From: Candidatus Methylomirabilota bacterium
Lineage (GTDB): Bacteria; Methylomirabilota; Methylomirabilia; Rokubacteriales; CSP1-6
Reading direction: 5' to 3'
Length of the DNA stretch: 64,000 bases
Assembly: GCA_046723475.1 (NCBI GenBank)
Contig: JBKOUQ010000132.1
Location: 3,056-67,055, forward strand
The position numbers were made by a program, and so were the translations under genes. Under the pieces are notes generated by a model, which saw only the letters and a list, made by a program, of their open reading frames with translations, searched no databases and was not told where the DNA came from. Numbering within the stretch: the stretch's first letter is position 1; each line of letters begins with the position of its first letter. Below are positions 58,825-64,000 of the stretch, in pieces.

Positions 58825-58830
58825 TCGGGG

Positions 58831-59465
58831 CTAGATTGCGTTGCGGCGTTGCTGGATGAGCATGGCACGCAATTCGTCGACCGTCTCGCGCACCGAGTCG
58901 AGGTTGGGGTTCACGGCCAGCGCCTGCTCGAGCCGCTCGAGCGCGCGGGCGGGCTCGTCGAGCCGGAGCCAGATCATGCCGTAGCCGCTGAGCGCGCCGA
59001 AATGCGTGGGGTTGAGTTTGAGGACCTCGTCGCAGTCGGCGGCCGACTTGCGATACTCCCCGACGAGGTAATATGCGGTCGCGCGCTTGTTCCACCCCTC
59101 CGCGAACTCGGGACGGCGACGAATGACCTCGCTGAACGTATCGATCGCAGCGTCGAACAACCCGTGCTGCATCTCGGACACGCCGGCGCGCAGCAGGTGG
59201 TCGACCTCGTCGTCGCCCGAGCGACTCCAGATCTGCCACAGCGCGTGCTCGGCCAGCCCGCGCACGCGAGCATCGACGTCCCGGAGCGCGCCGAGCAGCG
59301 CCGACACATCCGCCATCGTTCCGCTGTCGGCAAGCGTCGTCGCCGCGCGGCGGCGGGCGTCGGCGTCGGCAGGGTCCGCCAGCGCCTTGAGCGCGTCCTC
59401 GCGTGGTCCGGCGAGTGCCGGCGTGACGAGGACGACTGCGAGCACGAGCGCACCGAGGGCCGCGC

Positions 59466-59469
<4 letters not shown>
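58831..59469 (-). CDS. Secreted TPR-repeat protein
   Basis: The GTG start overlaps the upstream stop (GTGA). Signal peptide VSAALGALVLAVVLVTPALA. TPR-like helices (..AEGWNKRATAYYLVGEYRKSAADCDEVLKLNPTHFGAL..). Confidence 0.75.
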
Positions 59470-62470
<3,001 letters not shown>

Positions 62471-62475
62471 TCAGC

Positions 62476-62491
62476 ATAGCACCTGGGCTAT
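62476..62491. promoter_or_regulatory. Small inverted repeat in the 34-bp ligA / metalloregulator divergent gap
   Basis: atagc-acctgg-gctat. Its position suggests a possible autoregulatory operator, but the arms are short. Confidence 0.2.
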
Positions 62492-62498
62492 AGTGACA

Positions 62499-63209
62499 AT
62501 GATGCCCAGGACCGCACCGACACGGCGCTCGCGCACCGCGGCGACGACCGCGTCGACGCAGGACTACCTCGCGGCCATCTACGATCTCGCCGGCAGCGGC
62601 AAGCCCGTCATCGGCGCCCGCCTTGCCAAGCACATGTCGGTGTCCGCGCCCGCAGTGACCGAGGCGCTGCATCGCATGGCGCGTGGCGGGTACGTCAAGG
62701 TCGGTCACGGCAAGGAGCTCACGCTCACCCCGAAGGGACGCCAGATCGCCGAGGTCATGGCGCGGCGCCATCGGCTGCTCGAACGCTGGCTCACCGACAC
62801 GCTCGGTCTGAACTGGACGGACGCGCACGAGGAGGCGCACCGACTGGAGCACGCGCTGTCGCCGCGCGTCGAGGATCGCCTTGCCGAGATGCTCGGGATG
62901 CCGAGCACGTGTCCTCACGGCAACCCGATTCCCGGTATGCCGCGGCCACCGCGCGTCGAGCCGTTTCCACTCGCGCAGGCCAAAGAAGGCACCACCGTCA
63001 TCGTGGAGCGCATCACCGAGGAGGCGGAAGCCGACAAGAACCTCCTCGAGTATCTCTGGCGGAACGAAGTCCGACCGGGTCGGCATCTGTCGATCACCGA
63101 GGTCGCGCCGTGGGCCGGCACGGTCACGGCGGGAGGCGACGGGCCGACGATCACGTTGGGGCTGCCGGCGGCGGCGAAGATCTGGGTCTACCGGCCGGCC
63201 GACGAGTGA
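62499..63209 (+). CDS. DtxR/MntR-family metal-dependent transcriptional regulator with a C-terminal FeoA/SH3-like domain
   Basis: ..TQDYLAAIYDL...G.PV....LA..M.VS.PAVTE.L.RM...GYV.., ..ARRHRLLERWL.D.LGL.W...HEEAH.LEHA.S, ..CPHGNPIP. Confidence 0.85.
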   Translation: MMPRTAPTRRSRTAATTASTQDYLAAIYDLAGSGKPVIGARLAKHMSVSAPAVTEALHRMARGGYVKVGHGKELTLTPKGRQIAEVMARRHRLLERWLTDTLGLNWTDAHEEAHRLEHALSPRVEDRLAEMLGMPSTCPHGNPIPGMPRPPRVEPFPLAQAKEGTTVIVERITEEAEADKNLLEYLWRNEVRPGRHLSITEVAPWAGTVTAGGDGPTITLGLPAAAKIWVYRPADE

Positions 63210-63221
63210 GGGGGGGCGCGA

Positions 63222-63599
63222 GTGAGACTCGTTCTCTGGGGACTGGTTGCAGTCGCGATCTGCTGGGTGGCCTACGGCATCATGATGTCGGCGTGGCAAT
63301 ACTTCGAGGTCGGGGGCGTCGTGGATGAGGCCCTCCGCTCGCGGAACGTCGCGGACATCGGGACAGCGCGTACCGTCAAAGACAGGATACTCAAGGGCAG
63401 CGCGGAGTCGGGAATCCCGCTCGAGGAGCGCGAGGTCAACGTGACGCTCGACAACCAGACCTACAGCGTGAACGTCGTGTGGTCCTTCCCCGTGCTCATC
63501 TACCAGGGGCAACCCGTCCTGCGAATCCCCCTCTCCCTGAACCGGACCAAGCAGGCGACCGAAGCGTTTTACCGGCCCGCGCGCCCCGCCTTCGCCTGA
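63222..63599 (+). CDS. Hypothetical membrane-anchored protein
   Basis: GTG start with RBS GAGGGGG. N-terminal TM MRLVLWGLVAVAICWVAYGIMM. No family recognised. Confidence 0.5.
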   Translation: MRLVLWGLVAVAICWVAYGIMMSAWQYFEVGGVVDEALRSRNVADIGTARTVKDRILKGSAESGIPLEEREVNVTLDNQTYSVNVVWSFPVLIYQGQPVLRIPLSLNRTKQATEAFYRPARPAFA

Positions 63600-63654
63600 T
63601 CGACGGCACCCGCGTTGCACCTCGCTCGGTGATTCCGGTACCGAGGAGGGGCGC

Positions 63655-63909
63655 ATGAACGCGGACACGTTCTTGAGGAATCTCGTCACCGAGATCGATC
63701 CGAACGCGACCGTGGTCGGCATCGAGCAGCGCGACGGTGCGTATCACGTCAGTGTCGCCGGGACCACCGGCGTCATCGCCGACTGTACGCTGCCGCAGCA
63801 CGAGGTGGCCGCCGCCGAGCACGGCGACGACGCGCGGCGGCGCGTGGCGAGTATGCTCAAGCGCTGCGCGGACGACGTCGTGGCTCCGATCGCCGACGGC
63901 CGCGACTGA
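63655..63909 (+). CDS. Hypothetical protein (84 aa)
   Basis: Strong RBS GAGGAGG 5 nt before the ATG. No family recognised. Confidence 0.5.
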   Translation: MNADTFLRNLVTEIDPNATVVGIEQRDGAYHVSVAGTTGVIADCTLPQHEVAAAEHGDDARRRVASMLKRCADDVVAPIADGRD

Positions 63910-63913
63910 GCGC

Positions 63914-63989
63914 GGCGGAAGCAAAAGCTCAGGGCTTCGGCGGAAGCGGAAAGCTCAGGGCTTCGGCGGAAGCGGAAAGCTCAGGGCTT
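63914..63989. repeat. Non-coding tandem repeat, 25/26-nt unit x3, each with a small hairpin
   Basis: ggcggaagc(aa/gga)aagctcagggcttc x3. gcttc-ggcg-gaagc forms across unit junctions. The unit length is not a multiple of 3. Starts 5 nt after the stop at 63909. Confidence 0.7.
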
Positions 63990-64000
63990 GGCGCCCGACG

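Overview
This is a 64 kb, very GC-rich window (roughly 68-70% by eye) with dense bacterial operons and no rRNA, tRNA or CRISPR that I could see. The many HlyD/RND-adaptor genes and a lipoprotein suggest a diderm soil-type bacterium, but I cannot assign a lineage from the sequence alone. Because of the GC content, most very long Arg/Ala/Pro-rich ORFs in the six-frame track are shadow ORFs. I accepted only the frame with recognisable motifs, sensible starts/RBS and operon logic.

Most of the window is ordinary transport and metabolism:
- Several ABC transporter gene sets: NitT/TauT-type, polar amino acid, sugar and peptide.
- An RND efflux pair.
- CoA ligases, a thiolase/DUF35/CoA-transferase set, and a split acyl-CoA carboxylase alpha subunit.
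- Glycosyltransferases, citramalate synthase, LigA and a DtxR/MntR-family regulator.

Two regions stand out:
1. **25.7-28.3 kb, a decayed accessory islet.** It holds an XRE regulator with a repeat-rich operator, a small secreted low-complexity protein, an IS3 transposase remnant and frameshifted ORF pieces.
2. **47.8-55.1 kb, the best candidate for an undescribed system.** This tightly packed same-strand cluster encodes five proteins:
   - a DUF3467 protein;
   - a GAF-GAF-TM-HlyD protein;
   - a PqqD/RRE-like-M50 metalloprotease-HlyD fusion;
   - a truncated SecA-like ATPase;
   - a secreted HlyD/MFP protein.

   It has no ABC, RND or MFS pump and no TolC-like gene, and an IS21 transposase fragment lies just upstream.

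I also report several families of long intergenic palindromes and tandem repeats. All family names come from reading motifs by eye. No database search was run.
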